A stretch of DNA of 64,000 bases from sequence record OP870145.1. One strand, 5' to 3'. The translations under genes were made by a program, and so were the position numbers. Position 1 is the stretch's first letter; each line of letters begins with the position of its first letter. Shown here one piece after another: positions 1-9,812 of this stretch. This stretch comes from Escherichia phage vB_Eco_F26. Under the pieces are notes generated by a model. That model saw only the letters and a program-made list of their open reading frames with translations. It had not been told where the DNA came from and made no database searches.

Positions 1-1170
1 ATCAAGTTCTTCTTGAAGCAGTGCTATTTCATCAGCATGGTCAATAAACTCAGAAGATGCTTTTTCTATAGCTGCTTTAACTTTTTTGGCTTTATCTACC
101 GTCGTGATTAGAGATTGCTTTTTATTGCGAATATCATTTGCCAACGACTGTTGGGTTTTAATATTATCTCGGTATTCATCAACAAGAACTTTTAAATTAT
201 CACGATGTGTTGAAAGCTGTTCAAACGAATGCGTACATTCAGAAACTTTATCTTTAATTTTAGAAACAACTTTATCACCGGAACTCAATTGTGACAAACA
301 GGTTGGACATAATCCACCTTCGTGATACATATTAATGACTTTATTATACGAGTCAATTTTTGATTTAATTAAAAATGCTTCTTGACCGATTTTATTAAAT
401 GCATCAGTTGGGTCTTCATCCAAAACAATATTAACTAATCTTTCATTAGCTTCTTCTATTTCCGATTTTAGCGTTCTAGCTTCTTTTGCCAAATCATCAT
501 ACATATTTTGCAGACGAGTAAGGTTGTCACCCGTTAATTTTTTCTGGCGTTCAACGTTATCATTATATATTTTAATTTGTTGGATAATACTATCTTTTTT
601 AACATCAAGCACTTGGTTCTGCGAATTTAATTCGCGTATTAGTGCTTTATTAAGCTTATCCATTTCAGCTAATGTTCCTACCTCAAGCAGGTCTTCCACA
701 AGCTTTCTTCGTGCAGGGGTCGACAACCCCATGAAAGGGGTATACCCTGCTGTACCAAGGACAACAATCTGCTTGAAACTGGCATATGACATTCCGATAA
801 GCTGTTCAAATTCTGCTTGGAAATCTTTACTGCTGGCAGATTCATTAAGACGTGTACCGTTAACGGTGATTTCGAAAACGTTTGGTTTTTGTCCTCTTTT
901 GATATAATACTTTTTCTCATCATATTCCATCCACAGTTCAACTAAAAGTTCTTTCTTATTTGTGCTGTTTATTAATTGACCTTTCTTTACATCACGAAAT
1001 GGTTTGCCAAAAAGCCCAAATGTGATGGCTTCTAACATAGTAGACTTACCACCGCCATTTCGTCCAGTAATAAGAGTTTTTTGAACCTTATCTAATTGAA
1101 TGTCAACTCCATTTTGACCAACTGACATTATATTTTTATATTTTACTCTATTAAGTTTAAATGATTTCAT
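1..1170 (-). CDS. 46: Recombination endonuclease subunit gp46 (SbcC/Rad50-like ATPase); N-terminal ~390 codons, 3' end beyond window edge
   Basis: Minus-strand frame open to the window edge; ATG at 1170; translation MKSFKLNRVKYKNIMSVGQNG... with Walker A GRNGGGKST; matches recalled T4 gp46 N-terminus. Confidence 0.9.
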   Translation of the reverse strand, partial: MKSFKLNRVKYKNIMSVGQNGVDIQLDKVQKTLITGRNGGGKSTMLEAITFGLFGKPFRDVKKGQLINSTNKKELLVELWMEYDEKKYYIKRGQKPNVFEITVNGTRLNESASSKDFQAEFEQLIGMSYASFKQIVVLGTAGYTPFMGLSTPARRKLVEDLLEVGTLAEMDKLNKALIRELNSQNQVLDVKKDSIIQQIKIYNDNVERQKKLTGDNLTRLQNMYDDLAKEARTLKSEIEEANERLVNIVLDEDPTDAFNKIGQEAFLIKSKIDSYNKVINMYHEGGLCPTCLSQLSSGDKVVSKIKDKVSECTHSFEQLSTHRDNLKVLVDEYRDNIKTQQSLANDIRNKKQSLITTVDKAKKVKAAIEKASSEFIDHADEIALLQEELD

Positions 1171-1185
1171 TTTGTATCCAATTGT

Positions 1186-2040
1186 TCACAATGAAGAAAA
1201 TTCTTTAACTAAAGCCTGTAATGAAGCCTCTATTGGATATCCATTCTTAACTAACATTTTCCTAAACATCACATGTTTAGGACGATTATATGATATCCAC
1301 AATTCATACAATTTATCTTTATTATCCCAATGATAGCCTTTTCGTCGAGATGCTATATGAGCTTTTCTAATCTCCGGATTTTTCCAACTAGCAGCTACTG
1401 AATTTGATATAGCTATTTTATATTCAGGTTTTGATAAAGCAGCACGAACAGCCTTTTGGTGTTTAATTTTATTTTCTTCGTTATTAAACCATTCCCTTGA
1501 AGCCATTGAAATTTTTTGTTTTGTTTTAAAATTATTTAATCTTTCTTTGTTATCTTTCCTATTTTTTGCTACTGAAAAATATTTTAATGCCCTTTCTCTA
1601 GCAGCATTTCTATTTTGCGGATTTGAATAATATTGTTGAAGCCTTTTTGATATTGTGTCACTTACATCTTGTTTTATAAAACTATATTCAGCAGCTATTA
1701 AATCAACTTCGGCTAAAGATAAATTTTTATATGTTTTTCCTGACATCATTCTATTTAAAGCATTTAGCATTTTTCCATTTTTACCTTTTGCTAATAAGAA
1801 ATGTGCTTTAAAATGATTAAAATGACTTAAATTAACTAAATTCCATGTAGATTTTAAATATTCAGGAAATATTGATTTAGGAAGCACGTGATGTGCTTCC
1901 GTTTTACCTGGAGTTTTAACAGTTGAATTCATAGAAATAAAATTAATATAAGACTTGGCGTCTTCTTCACTCAACGCTAATTTTTCAACTAATTCCTTTA
2001 TTAAAAATTCATCATTAAGGTCAAGTTTAAAATTCTTCAC
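1186..2040 (-). CDS. HNH-family homing-endonuclease-like protein (free-standing, between genes 46 and 47)
   Basis: 284-aa ORF; HNH-like motif EAHHVLPKS...NLVNLSHFNHFKAH; basic C-terminal region with repeated DNA-binding-like modules. Confidence 0.6.
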   Translation of the reverse strand: MKNFKLDLNDEFLIKELVEKLALSEEDAKSYINFISMNSTVKTPGKTEAHHVLPKSIFPEYLKSTWNLVNLSHFNHFKAHFLLAKGKNGKMLNALNRMMSGKTYKNLSLAEVDLIAAEYSFIKQDVSDTISKRLQQYYSNPQNRNAARERALKYFSVAKNRKDNKERLNNFKTKQKISMASREWFNNEENKIKHQKAVRAALSKPEYKIAISNSVAASWKNPEIRKAHIASRRKGYHWDNKDKLYELWISYNRPKHVMFRKMLVKNGYPIEASLQALVKEFSSL

Positions 2041-2300
2041 AAAAGATTCCTTTTAATGTATCTTTTAGACCATTCTATCATATCATCATAATCTAAAAAG
2101 TATTCATCAAATTCAGCCATGCAAACAACACCTTGTGCTGCTTTTGATGTGATATAAATTATTCCAACATATCTAGAATCTTCTTCGGTATAATCAATAT
2201 TTGCTATGAATTCATCATTAATGTCAAATGTCGAAAACTTCACAATACGCATCCTTAATACAAGATACAGCCATATCTTGTAATGATTTAGGTGTGTCAT
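2037..2300 (-). CDS. Hypothetical small protein (overlaps upstream ORF; may be the 3' part of a frameshifted gene)
   Basis: 87-aa track ORF overlapping 2224-2487 by 77 nt in another frame; direct repeat gacatttgacatt at the overlap. Confidence 0.35.
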   Translation of the reverse strand: MTHLNHYKIWLYLVLRMRIVKFSTFDINDEFIANIDYTEEDSRYVGIIYITSKAAQGVVCMAEFDEYFLDYDDMIEWSKRYIKRNLL

Positions 2301-2487
2301 TATCTAAAATGTTGAAGTTAAAAGATACAGCCCAGTCAGTGCAGACCGTAACCTTTTTAATACAATTATCTTCAACCTCTAACGGTTCAAACCAATATTC
2401 AATAATTTCTTTATGACCAATATCATCTTTTACTTCGCATTCAAAATGCTGACTCATCATAACATTTTTAAATTCATCAAAAGTCAT
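2224..2487 (-). CDS. Hypothetical small protein
   Basis: 87-aa minus-strand ORF, start overlaps gene 47 stop (coupled). Confidence 0.45.
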   Translation of the reverse strand: MTFDEFKNVMMSQHFECEVKDDIGHKEIIEYWFEPLEVEDNCIKKVTVCTDWAVSFNFNILDNDTPKSLQDMAVSCIKDAYCEVFDI

Positions 2488-3503
2488 TGTGTTGCCTCTA
2501 CATATAGCTGATTTGCATATTGAATAAGTGCTTCACGATCAGAATCAGTGATGTCTGGAATTGCATTAATGTATTCTTCCATCAACGTCTGAAGAGATTG
2601 AACTTCAACTTCTTCACTGTCATCTGACTCGACAGAGTTATCAATCTTTGACACAACTCGTAATGAATGCACAACTTTTTCTAGTTCAGATTCGAACTTC
2701 GTTAGATTTTTGTCTACTTCAGTTACTATAACACGTACTGATAGATTTGTAAAATCTTTATAGTCAATTTTTCCTTTAAATGGATAATGAATTCTACGAT
2801 GCCAGGTAGTGTTGTTTGGAATAAATTCCATTCGTTCTGTTTCTGTATCAAACATCCAGAACCCACGAGGGTCATTCTCGTCACCTGCAGTTAGTGTCCA
2901 TGGTGTCCCAATATATCTGACGTTAGCAGCCTCAGAGATAGTATGGAAGTGACCAGACCACACTTCTTTATAAGTCTTAAGGAAATCAGGTTCAAGACCG
3001 TGAGATTTCATTCCTTTATAAAAATAAAATCCGTTCAGTTCCCAGTGACCAACACAAAAAGAAGCAGATGAAGTTTTGATGTGTTCAAGAATTTCACCAG
3101 TATTTTCTTCACACATCCAAGGAATCAAATCAATCAAACACCCGTCAAAATCTACTGTAGTAGGCTTATCATATACTTTAACATTAGGATATTTAGCCAA
3201 AAGCTCAGTAGAGGCATTTGGATGCATTACATTTTTATAGTGGAGATCGTGATTTCCTACAATAGTGTGTAATGTAATTCCAGCATCATCAAGCGTTTGA
3301 ACTATTTCACGGGCAAACTCCATAGTTTTATGTGTGATCGCTTTTCTCACATCAAAAATATCACCATATTGAATCCAGGTAGTAATTCCATTTTTCTTAG
3401 AATATTCTATTGCTTGTTTAATTCCATCAATTTGAATACCGCGAATCCACTCATCATCAGCTTTAACGCCTAAATGCCAATCACCCAAGTTTAGTATTTT
3501 CAT
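2484..3503 (-). CDS. 47: Recombination endonuclease subunit gp47 (Mre11/SbcD-like nuclease)
   Basis: 339 aa, same length as T4 gp47; calcineurin-like phosphoesterase motifs (GDWHLG, GNHD); synteny with gene 46. Confidence 0.92.
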   Translation of the reverse strand: MKILNLGDWHLGVKADDEWIRGIQIDGIKQAIEYSKKNGITTWIQYGDIFDVRKAITHKTMEFAREIVQTLDDAGITLHTIVGNHDLHYKNVMHPNASTELLAKYPNVKVYDKPTTVDFDGCLIDLIPWMCEENTGEILEHIKTSSASFCVGHWELNGFYFYKGMKSHGLEPDFLKTYKEVWSGHFHTISEAANVRYIGTPWTLTAGDENDPRGFWMFDTETERMEFIPNNTTWHRRIHYPFKGKIDYKDFTNLSVRVIVTEVDKNLTKFESELEKVVHSLRVVSKIDNSVESDDSEEVEVQSLQTLMEEYINAIPDITDSDREALIQYANQLYVEATQ

Positions 3504-4104
3504 GGTGTCTTTTCCATCCTAATTTAGCTGCTTTTGAAACTAGTTCTTTAATTTTTCCTTTTGTCCATTCAGGACCAGGAGGTTCATGACATAACATTTG
3601 CTTAACTCCGTTATTATACCATTTTTTACCTTTATTATGTGATGAAGCTTTAAATTTATTTGACCTTCCTTTTACATAACCTTCTGGAATATAAGGCAAA
3701 AAGGCAGATTTTCCTGTTAATGGATCATGTGAATGTATATTTCCTTTACAATTATGAGAACCATATAATGGATGATTTTGTCCTTTGTTATCTCTTCCAA
3801 ATGAACCTTTTGGAGCAGCATATGACATATTAAAGAATAATGGATTTTTAACTGCATCATGCAATCGTTGATAATATAACTCGCATTTAATAGCTTCTTC
3901 ACGCGTATCAAATTCAGCTAAAATGCATGAATCAAATAAGTGAGGATTATCTGAAAGCTCTTTATTATAAATTTTCTTATACTTTTTAGATAAAACTGAA
4001 CCATGATATCCAGCTAAATGCCTATCTAAAGACGTAGATCCAATATAAAAAGGAGGAAGTTTATCTCCACTATATATTGTTAAATAAGTTATATATTTTT
4101 TCAT
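3481..4104 (-). CDS. GIY-YIG homing-endonuclease-like protein (Seg-like)
   Basis: 207 aa; N-terminal YITYLTIYSG...FYIGST GIY-YIG-like module; basic C-terminal half. Confidence 0.6.
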   Translation of the reverse strand: MKKYITYLTIYSGDKLPPFYIGSTSLDRHLAGYHGSVLSKKYKKIYNKELSDNPHLFDSCILAEFDTREEAIKCELYYQRLHDAVKNPLFFNMSYAAPKGSFGRDNKGQNHPLYGSHNCKGNIHSHDPLTGKSAFLPYIPEGYVKGRSNKFKASSHNKGKKWYNNGVKQMLCHEPPGPEWTKGKIKELVSKAAKLGWKRHHENTKLG

Positions 4105-4264
4105 ATATCAAGAACCGTCATTGAAATGCAAAATAAAATTATTGAAATAAATCCATCTGGAGTGCTAAAGAACCCAATCCAACATGCTCTAGTGAATAGA
4201 TAAAATGCAAGAAAAAGTATCACATATCCAAGAAATATCATTATATCAAACTCCGTATAAAGCT

Positions 4265-4282
4265 AAAGGGCCGAAGCCCTTT
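4265..4282 (-). terminator. Stem-loop (GGGCCGAAGCCC) immediately downstream of a-gt; probable terminator/RNA-stability hairpin
   Basis: Perfect GC-rich hairpin with GAAG loop flanked by A/T runs. Confidence 0.5.
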
Positions 4283-5483
4283 ATTTTGTAATAATGTCAA
4301 ACTGTTCTTTAAAGCAGAAGCTTGAATCTTGATGCTGATACAAAAATTCATACGCTTTTTCTCGCTCACGGTCATAAAGAGCTCGGTCAGATGACAGTTC
4401 TTTAATACGTTCAAATGTTGATTCCATGTCATTTTCATCAAACCAAACGATACCGCTATCGTGTGAAATTAATGGAGTGTTATCAACACGGAATTTTAAA
4501 TTTTCGCCAGTAGATTTCCAAAATACTGGAATTGTTCCACATGCGCCAAGCTCGAGATGAGTATATTCTAAAGAACGTTGTAGATATTTTTTATCTAATT
4601 TACTCAGCTGATAACCAAATCCGGATTTACTCATGCGTTCAAGCATTTCGCTATTTACATAACGGTCGAGAATTTGCGTTGGCAAATTAGGAGCAATTTT
4701 AATTTGGTCTACTTGATGAAGACGATAATACTCGTATGGAATTCCTTTTTCTTTAATAGGAATGAACGCTGGAGAACGTTCCAGACCTTCCATAATAGTA
4801 CTTAGTCCTGCAGGTTTAAGATGTTTTTCATGAAAATCAAACATCTGATAAAAGCCTTTCCATGTAGTAGTACGACCAATCCAACGGTTGATATTCATGT
4901 TAATTTCAGAAACATCTTTCCAGTAGGTTGACCGAACCTTCGCAATATCCATAGGAGGCTGAAAATTATATACTGTTGGTGCTTCTTCAATATCATCAAA
5001 CAGAGAAACAGTTTCTGGATACCATTCTTTCATCAGAACTTTATTAAAATCGCCATTATCAGAATGACTAAAAATAACATCAGCTCGACGAACAGTTTCT
5101 TCTAATCCCAAATTTCGACGCAAAGAAAGAACAGAATGATCATGCTGATAAACTACAACACGAATAGAAGGTTTAATATTATCTAAAAGTTTTTTATAGT
5201 TATTAATCGTGGCTTCTTGAACGGAAGTAGCAGGAACAGAATTAATAATTAGAATATCACAATCATTTACCAGCTTAAGTGTTTTATCGTATTCTTTAGC
5301 TAAAATAACTGGAATTGAAAATGATTTATAATCATGCGCGCAATTACGGGTAAATGATTTATCTTTAGCATAAACCAAAGTTACTTCATGACCATTTTTA
5401 ATAAACCAATCACGCTGCTCAAGAGAAAATTTAGTTACACCGCAACCTTCAAGACCCCGAGCCAGAAAAATGCATACTTTCAT
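4281..5483 (-). CDS. a-gt: DNA alpha-glucosyltransferase (glucosylates hydroxymethylcytosine)
   Basis: 400 aa; MKVCIFLARGLEGCGVTKFSLEQRDWFIKNGHEVTLVYAKDKS... matches recalled T4 AGT nearly residue-for-residue. Confidence 0.95.
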   Translation of the reverse strand: MKVCIFLARGLEGCGVTKFSLEQRDWFIKNGHEVTLVYAKDKSFTRNCAHDYKSFSIPVILAKEYDKTLKLVNDCDILIINSVPATSVQEATINNYKKLLDNIKPSIRVVVYQHDHSVLSLRRNLGLEETVRRADVIFSHSDNGDFNKVLMKEWYPETVSLFDDIEEAPTVYNFQPPMDIAKVRSTYWKDVSEINMNINRWIGRTTTWKGFYQMFDFHEKHLKPAGLSTIMEGLERSPAFIPIKEKGIPYEYYRLHQVDQIKIAPNLPTQILDRYVNSEMLERMSKSGFGYQLSKLDKKYLQRSLEYTHLELGACGTIPVFWKSTGENLKFRVDNTPLISHDSGIVWFDENDMESTFERIKELSSDRALYDREREKAYEFLYQHQDSSFCFKEQFDIITK

Positions 5484-5550
5484 TTAATATCCTCTTTGTT
5501 TTGGTTTATTTTATCAAAAAATTTATAAAGCAATATAGGAGCCGAAGCTC

Positions 5551-5742
5551 CTATCCACATAATACGCCATACAGAGGCTCATTAGAACTTTTAAATTTTA
5601 TGCGCCTATATGTTATAGTTCCTTCTGCTTTAGCTTTATCATGAGACTCTTTAAAGCGTCTCATCATTTCCTCTTTAGAGGAACGAATTTTATTATAATC
5701 TATTTCAGAAGTCTGGTGTTCATCTTTCATAACTGCCACCAT
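5551..5742 (-). CDS. Hypothetical small protein
   Basis: 63-aa co-oriented ORF in tightly packed early block. Confidence 0.4.
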   Translation of the reverse strand: MVAVMKDEHQTSEIDYNKIRSSKEEMMRRFKESHDKAKAEGTITYRRIKFKSSNEPLYGVLCG

Positions 5743-5933
5743 TTTTTGACTTGATAAGAATCAACCCACACTTTCATATTAGGGTCTGCTCTTACAATAG
5801 GAGGATTAACTTCTTTAATTGAACTATCATGGTATTCTTTTTCAGAAATTTTCACACAAAGATGACCATTCAAAGATTCAGTAAATCCTGCATTAATTTT
5901 AAGACGCTTGAATTTTACGTGTGTAAGCATCAA
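5727..5933 (-). CDS. Hypothetical small protein
   Basis: 68-aa co-oriented ORF. Confidence 0.4.
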   Translation of the reverse strand: MMLTHVKFKRLKINAGFTESLNGHLCVKISEKEYHDSSIKEVNPPIVRADPNMKVWVDSYQVKKWWQL

Positions 5934-6216
5934 TCATATCCTCAATTTGCGATCTAGTAGTCTTCCAAAGAATACTGATGAGTTCATCGTTATATGGCTG
6001 TTTTAGAATATCCCGACTTTTCTTGATAGCATATTCGTATTGAGCAAAATTATTGTTTTCAGCTGCGATCTGAGCGTGCTTATAAAGACGATTCAGTTCG
6101 CGTTTGTTTTTAGACAATAACTTATTTGCTTTTCTTTCTGCTTCAAGACGGTTCTTTTCTTCAATAGAAGAAATAAGCTTTTCCACTTCATCATTAATTT
6201 CGGGTTTATCAGTCAT
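5899..6216 (-). CDS. Hypothetical protein (charged, helical)
   Basis: 105-aa co-oriented ORF. Confidence 0.45.
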   Translation of the reverse strand: MTDKPEINDEVEKLISSIEEKNRLEAERKANKLLSKNKRELNRLYKHAQIAAENNNFAQYEYAIKKSRDILKQPYNDELISILWKTTRSQIEDMIDAYTRKIQAS

Positions 6217-6217
6217 A

Positions 6218-6436
6218 TTATTTCTCTAATATAAAATAAAAATCATCATCTGTTAAATGATACCTGTAATTTAATTCTACACCATTAGATTTAAAAGCGG
6301 TATCATACGGATTTTCTGGATCAATATCAATGTCAAGAGCTAAAACTTCCCTGAGATACATTTTAAGTAAATAGGGAATAGCTTCAACTTCAGGTATTTC
6401 TTCCAAGAATCCGGAGAGGTTAATCGTTAGCCTCAT
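6218..6436 (-). CDS. Hypothetical small protein
   Basis: 72-aa ORF directly downstream of gene 55. Confidence 0.45.
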
Positions 6437-6977
6437 ATAAAAAATCCAAACTAGGAGAATCGTCTACAACACTTTTCTTTTCAGCCCCCGGTGTTCTATA
6501 GGTTGATTCTTCGTAATGCGTCATTTTATCGTAGATGTCTTGAATAAAAGTTTCATCCACTAACGCAACCATATCGTCGTCACGACTGTCATAGACATTG
6601 TGAACGAAGTAACTATATTTCTTTGCAACTTCCTTACGTTCTTTTTTAATACGTTGGACGAATGCATTAAAACAAGCTTGAGTTATATATGCATGTGGGT
6701 TTTTATATTTCGTTTCATCAAAATTATGAAGCCCCTTAATAGAAGCTTCTATACCATCTGCAATCATTTCTTGTTTCCAAGACTGGGTATATCCTGAAAA
6801 GTTGAAACGTTTAGATAAGCCTTCTGCAATAAGCATAATGGCTAATCCGATAGTATCATTCTGACGAACTACTTTATTTGGGTCTTTATTATTTGCTAAT
6901 TCTGTTTTCCAATCAATAATAGCCTGTAAAAGCTCTTTATTGTTTACGTAATTATATTTAGGCTTAGTTTCTGACAT
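6420..6977 (-). CDS. 55: Late-transcription sigma factor gp55
   Basis: Translation [33 protein letters not shown]... matches recalled T4 gp55 (185 aa); start moved to the second Met of the track ORF. Confidence 0.93.
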
Positions 6978-7308
6978 TTTCACCTCTTAGCTCAATTCAT
7001 AGATCTATTATATCATAATATTTGAAGATCTATCTTAAAGCATAGAGGATATCAGTTATCTAAGTAAGCAGTATGCTTGGAACACTTTCTCCATCATCTT
7101 TTTAAATTCATGAATATCTATGTAATGATCATTAATATCAGCGCGATATAAAAAGTCTAAAAACTTTTTATGGGTATTAGAGTTAATTCAGAAACATGGC
7201 TTTCCCAATATCCAACACCAGTTTTATTTGGGAAAAATGAAATTTTCATGTATTGGTCAACATAGAAAATACCAAAATTTTCAATAGCAATAGAAATATT
7301 AATTAATT

Positions 7309-7524
7309 TCATACATTCATCAACTTAGCCGCTTCAAGAGCTGCATCTAGTGAATCAAATTGGTCAACATATTCAATCAATTCGCCATAATTGGCATATA
7401 ACCACCATTGGCTAAATTCATACTCAAGGATGAATCCGTTTCCTTCAATTTGAGTTAAACCAATGCCATTTGTATTTACTTCATATCCAGCAAGACGCAA
7501 ATCGTTAATAAGAGCTTCGTTCAT
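7309..7524 (-). CDS. Hypothetical small protein
   Basis: 71-aa co-oriented ORF. Confidence 0.4.
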   Translation of the reverse strand: MNEALINDLRLAGYEVNTNGIGLTQIEGNGFILEYEFSQWWLYANYGELIEYVDQFDSLDAALEAAKLMNV

Positions 7525-7526
7525 AA

Positions 7527-7853
7527 TTATACCTTAGTAATTTTCAGGTCTGCAAATTTTTTCTTGCGTTGATTTTTCATGCGACGAATAGTCTTATCGG
7601 AAATTTCATGCTTTTGATAAGCTTTAGATTCTACACCAAAAGCTTTAACATCAAATTCTGACAAGATATATTGAACCAACAATTCACGGACAGTATTGCG
7701 TCCAATCTTCTGATCATTCTGTTTCATCGTCTGATGAAGCTCTTTTTCCCATTTATCCAAAATTTGAGGAGTTACAATATCGCCTTTTTCTAGCAAAGAA
7801 ACTACTTTATCATATGCGTAAGAATTAATGACGTTTTTAATTTGAATAGTCAT
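7527..7853 (-). CDS. Hypothetical protein
   Basis: 108-aa co-oriented ORF. Confidence 0.45.
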   Translation of the reverse strand: MTIQIKNVINSYAYDKVVSLLEKGDIVTPQILDKWEKELHQTMKQNDQKIGRNTVRELLVQYILSEFDVKAFGVESKAYQKHEISDKTIRRMKNQRKKKFADLKITKV

Positions 7854-7893
7854 ACATTATCCTCAATTACGTTAAAATTTTATTATCCAAAAA

Positions 7894-7905
7894 GGGCCGA
7901 AGCCC
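7894..7905 (-). terminator. Stem-loop GGGCCGAAGCCC
   Basis: Perfect hairpin, intergenic. Confidence 0.4.
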
Positions 7906-8106
7906 TTAGCTAAACTTTTTGGCACCCTTCCAGCCTTCGTACATCATTGCTACTGACAATGACAAAGCTCCTTCACATGCTGCATACTTATTATTCCAGA
8001 ACCAATTTAGAAAAACTTCATCCTCAATACCATTGTGTTTCATGTTCTGGAAAAATTTGGCGCGTTCTTCAGCAATTCGCTGCGATAATTTAGATTCAGG
8101 ATTCAT
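7906..8106 (-). CDS. Hypothetical small protein
   Basis: 66-aa ORF. Confidence 0.4.
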   Translation of the reverse strand: MNPESKLSQRIAEERAKFFQNMKHNGIEDEVFLNWFWNNKYAACEGALSLSVAMMYEGWKGAKKFS

Positions 8107-8115
8107 TTAAATTTT

Positions 8116-8322
8116 TCAGTTACCGTTTTCATCAATAAATTTAATCCAGTCATTTACTGACCACTTAGTTGTATCGCCTTTTGGAGTAACATTTAAAGTG
8201 TATAACCCTTGTTTAAAAAGCATTCGTTTGATATTCATATTTTCCTCAGCTGTAACGATAGCACTCGTTTGATTTACGCTTAGCAACTCGTTGAGAAGTA
8301 TTATAATCAAAATCATCGTCAA
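8116..8322 (-). CDS. Hypothetical small protein
   Basis: 68-aa ORF. Confidence 0.35.
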   Translation of the reverse strand: MTMILIIILLNELLSVNQTSAIVTAEENMNIKRMLFKQGLYTLNVTPKGDTTKWSVNDWIKFIDENGN

Positions 8323-8539
8323 TGTAAACTGATTTTTTCAACTTTCTTACTTCACCGCGTAATTGACGATTTAACTCATCTTTAACTTCTGAATCAATAC
8401 CTTTCATTCTACGCCATTTATCTGAGCGAAAAATGTTTTCAACCATATCTTTATGATTTACACCATCAGGAGCTTTACGCTTTCCGAAATAGTCATAATC
8501 ACGCACTTTTAAGTCTTTACGACGATACGTTTTACCCAT
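8246..8539 (-). CDS. Hypothetical basic protein
   Basis: Track ORF 8246-8584; start placed at internal Met (MGKTYRRKDLK...) to avoid overlap with upstream ORF. Confidence 0.4.
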   Translation of the reverse strand: MGKTYRRKDLKVRDYDYFGKRKAPDGVNHKDMVENIFRSDKWRRMKGIDSEVKDELNRQLRGEVRKLKKSVYIDDDFDYNTSQRVAKRKSNECYRYS

Positions 8540-8714
8540 GGAGTTTAATTTCCTTAGCAACTGAACTAAATACAGCACGGTCACAAATCATCTGTTTATG
8601 TAACTTGAGTATAAGATAATAAACTTCAAAACCGTTTACATAAGTAACACGAACAACATTACCATTAATAAAATAATACTGTCCCTTTTTAATTTCTTTA
8701 TCAACCACAACCAT
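8532..8714 (-). CDS. Hypothetical small protein
   Basis: 60-aa ORF downstream of an early promoter. Confidence 0.4.
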   Translation of the reverse strand: MVVVDKEIKKGQYYFINGNVVRVTYVNGFEVYYLILKLHKQMICDRAVFSSVAKEIKLHG

Positions 8715-8744
8715 ATCAATTCCTCAAAGGCAATTCATATGTTA

Positions 8745-8774
8745 ATAATACCACAGTTTGAACTTCTTGTAAAC
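8745..8774 (-). promoter_or_regulatory. Early (sigma70-type) promoter: -35 GTTTAC, 18-nt spacer, -10 TATTAT, A/T-rich upstream element
   Basis: Minus-strand reading ...ttttcacaaagttGTTTACaagaagttcaaactgtggTATTAT...; fits recalled T4 early promoter consensus. Confidence 0.6.
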
Positions 8775-8854
8775 AACTTTGTGAAAAATATTTTAGGGAA
8801 TGACAAGAAGGGAACGATAGCTTAGAATGGTAATATACAGAATGTGAGAAAGAA

Positions 8855-8870
8855 AGGCCCAGAGGGCCCG
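8855..8870 (-). terminator. GC-rich stem-loop (GGCCC-aga-GGGCC) downstream of nrdH
   Basis: Hairpin just 3' of ORF end. Confidence 0.4.
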
Positions 8871-8872
8871 CC

Positions 8873-9196
8873 TTAGTCTTCTATGATATCTCTATCATAT
8901 CCAAGTGAAATGAGAGTTTCTTTGAAGTGTTTAATGTTCTTTTGTCTAGAATCATTGATGAAAATGACTGGATAACGAATGTTAAGAGATGTGAATCCAG
9001 CGCGTTTAGCAAGAGATACAATCAGTGGACGATCATACTCAATCTTACCATTATTTGTAAGAACTTTATAGAAAGTAAAAGGAGCATTAAGCTCCTTTAG
9101 AAGTTTTGTAACTGATTGACATCCAGGACAACGACCTACTTCATCTGGAATTCCATAGACTTCAATCTTATTCTTTAAGTTCGAGTTTTGTTCCAC
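8873..9196 (-). CDS. nrdH: Glutaredoxin-like protein (NrdH-like); start uncertain, possibly GTG
   Basis: CPGC redox motif (EVGRCPGCQ) and glutaredoxin-like fold signature; no in-frame ATG after the upstream stop, GTG at 9196 preceded by AGGA. Confidence 0.6.
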   Translation of the reverse strand: MEQNSNLKNKIEVYGIPDEVGRCPGCQSVTKLLKELNAPFTFYKVLTNNGKIEYDRPLIVSLAKRAGFTSLNIRYPVIFINDSRQKNIKHFKETLISLGYDRDIIED

Positions 9197-9479
9197 GAGA
9201 AATAATTCCTTGGTAAGCCCAATAAGGAGGATTAACAGAATCCTCACCAGAGTTTTCTTCAGGAAAATAAACCTGGATAACGAAACCGGATTCATCAAAG
9301 GTAAAATAAACCGTAGGCAGTTCACCTAACAATTCGGCACGAGCATTAATTTCTTCGAGATCTCGTTCACGTCCAGCCCAAAAACTAGGATTTAGACTAC
9401 ATTCGTAAAAATAATAGTCATTACCGAACATATCAAAACCCTTCCAACTCTCGACCACATACCGCTCAAAACTAATCAT
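9168..9479 (-). CDS. Hypothetical protein
   Basis: 103-aa ORF. Confidence 0.45.
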   Translation of the reverse strand: MISFERYVVESWKGFDMFGNDYYFYECSLNPSFWAGRERDLEEINARAELLGELPTVYFTFDESGFVIQVYFPEENSGEDSVNPPYWAYQGIISRGTKLELKE

Positions 9480-9481
9480 AA

Positions 9482-9697
9482 TTAAGCCTTTTTATCAAGA
9501 ACAGAATTCAGCTTGTTAGTAATTTTATCCAGACGCCCATTGAATTCACTAGAAGATAAGCCCTTTTCTGGAGAAATTAAACTAATCACGAAAAATATAG
9601 CAATAAAAGGAATAAGGAAAATAGCTCCAACTGCCATAAACAGAAAGAATGTTACAGTTGTAAGAAAATCAGCTAAACCTTTACGAAATTTATACAT
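9482..9697 (-). CDS. Small predicted membrane protein
   Basis: 71 aa with a long hydrophobic segment (FFLFMAVGAIFLIPFIAIFFVISLI). Confidence 0.45.
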   Translation of the reverse strand: MYKFRKGLADFLTTVTFFLFMAVGAIFLIPFIAIFFVISLISPEKGLSSSEFNGRLDKITNKLNSVLDKKA

Positions 9698-9812
9698 ATT
9701 TTACCCTTAATTGATTAACCAAGCATTGATAAGCACTAAACTATACTGTGAATAAAATTCTGGACCAAAATGAAAAATCATATCATTTATAGTATCCATA
9801 ATGTAATTCAAT

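Noticed and set aside
86-941. Track ORFs 86-325 (+), 524-907 (+) and 678-941 (-) inside the gene 46 region
   Set aside because: They lie within or antisense to the gp46 coding frame (recognisable SbcC-like translation with Walker A), so they are frame artefacts.
3717-4441. ORFs 3717-3911 (-) and 4241-4441 (-) overlapping the GIY-YIG ORF and a-gt
   Set aside because: They are nested in alternative frames of well-supported genes.
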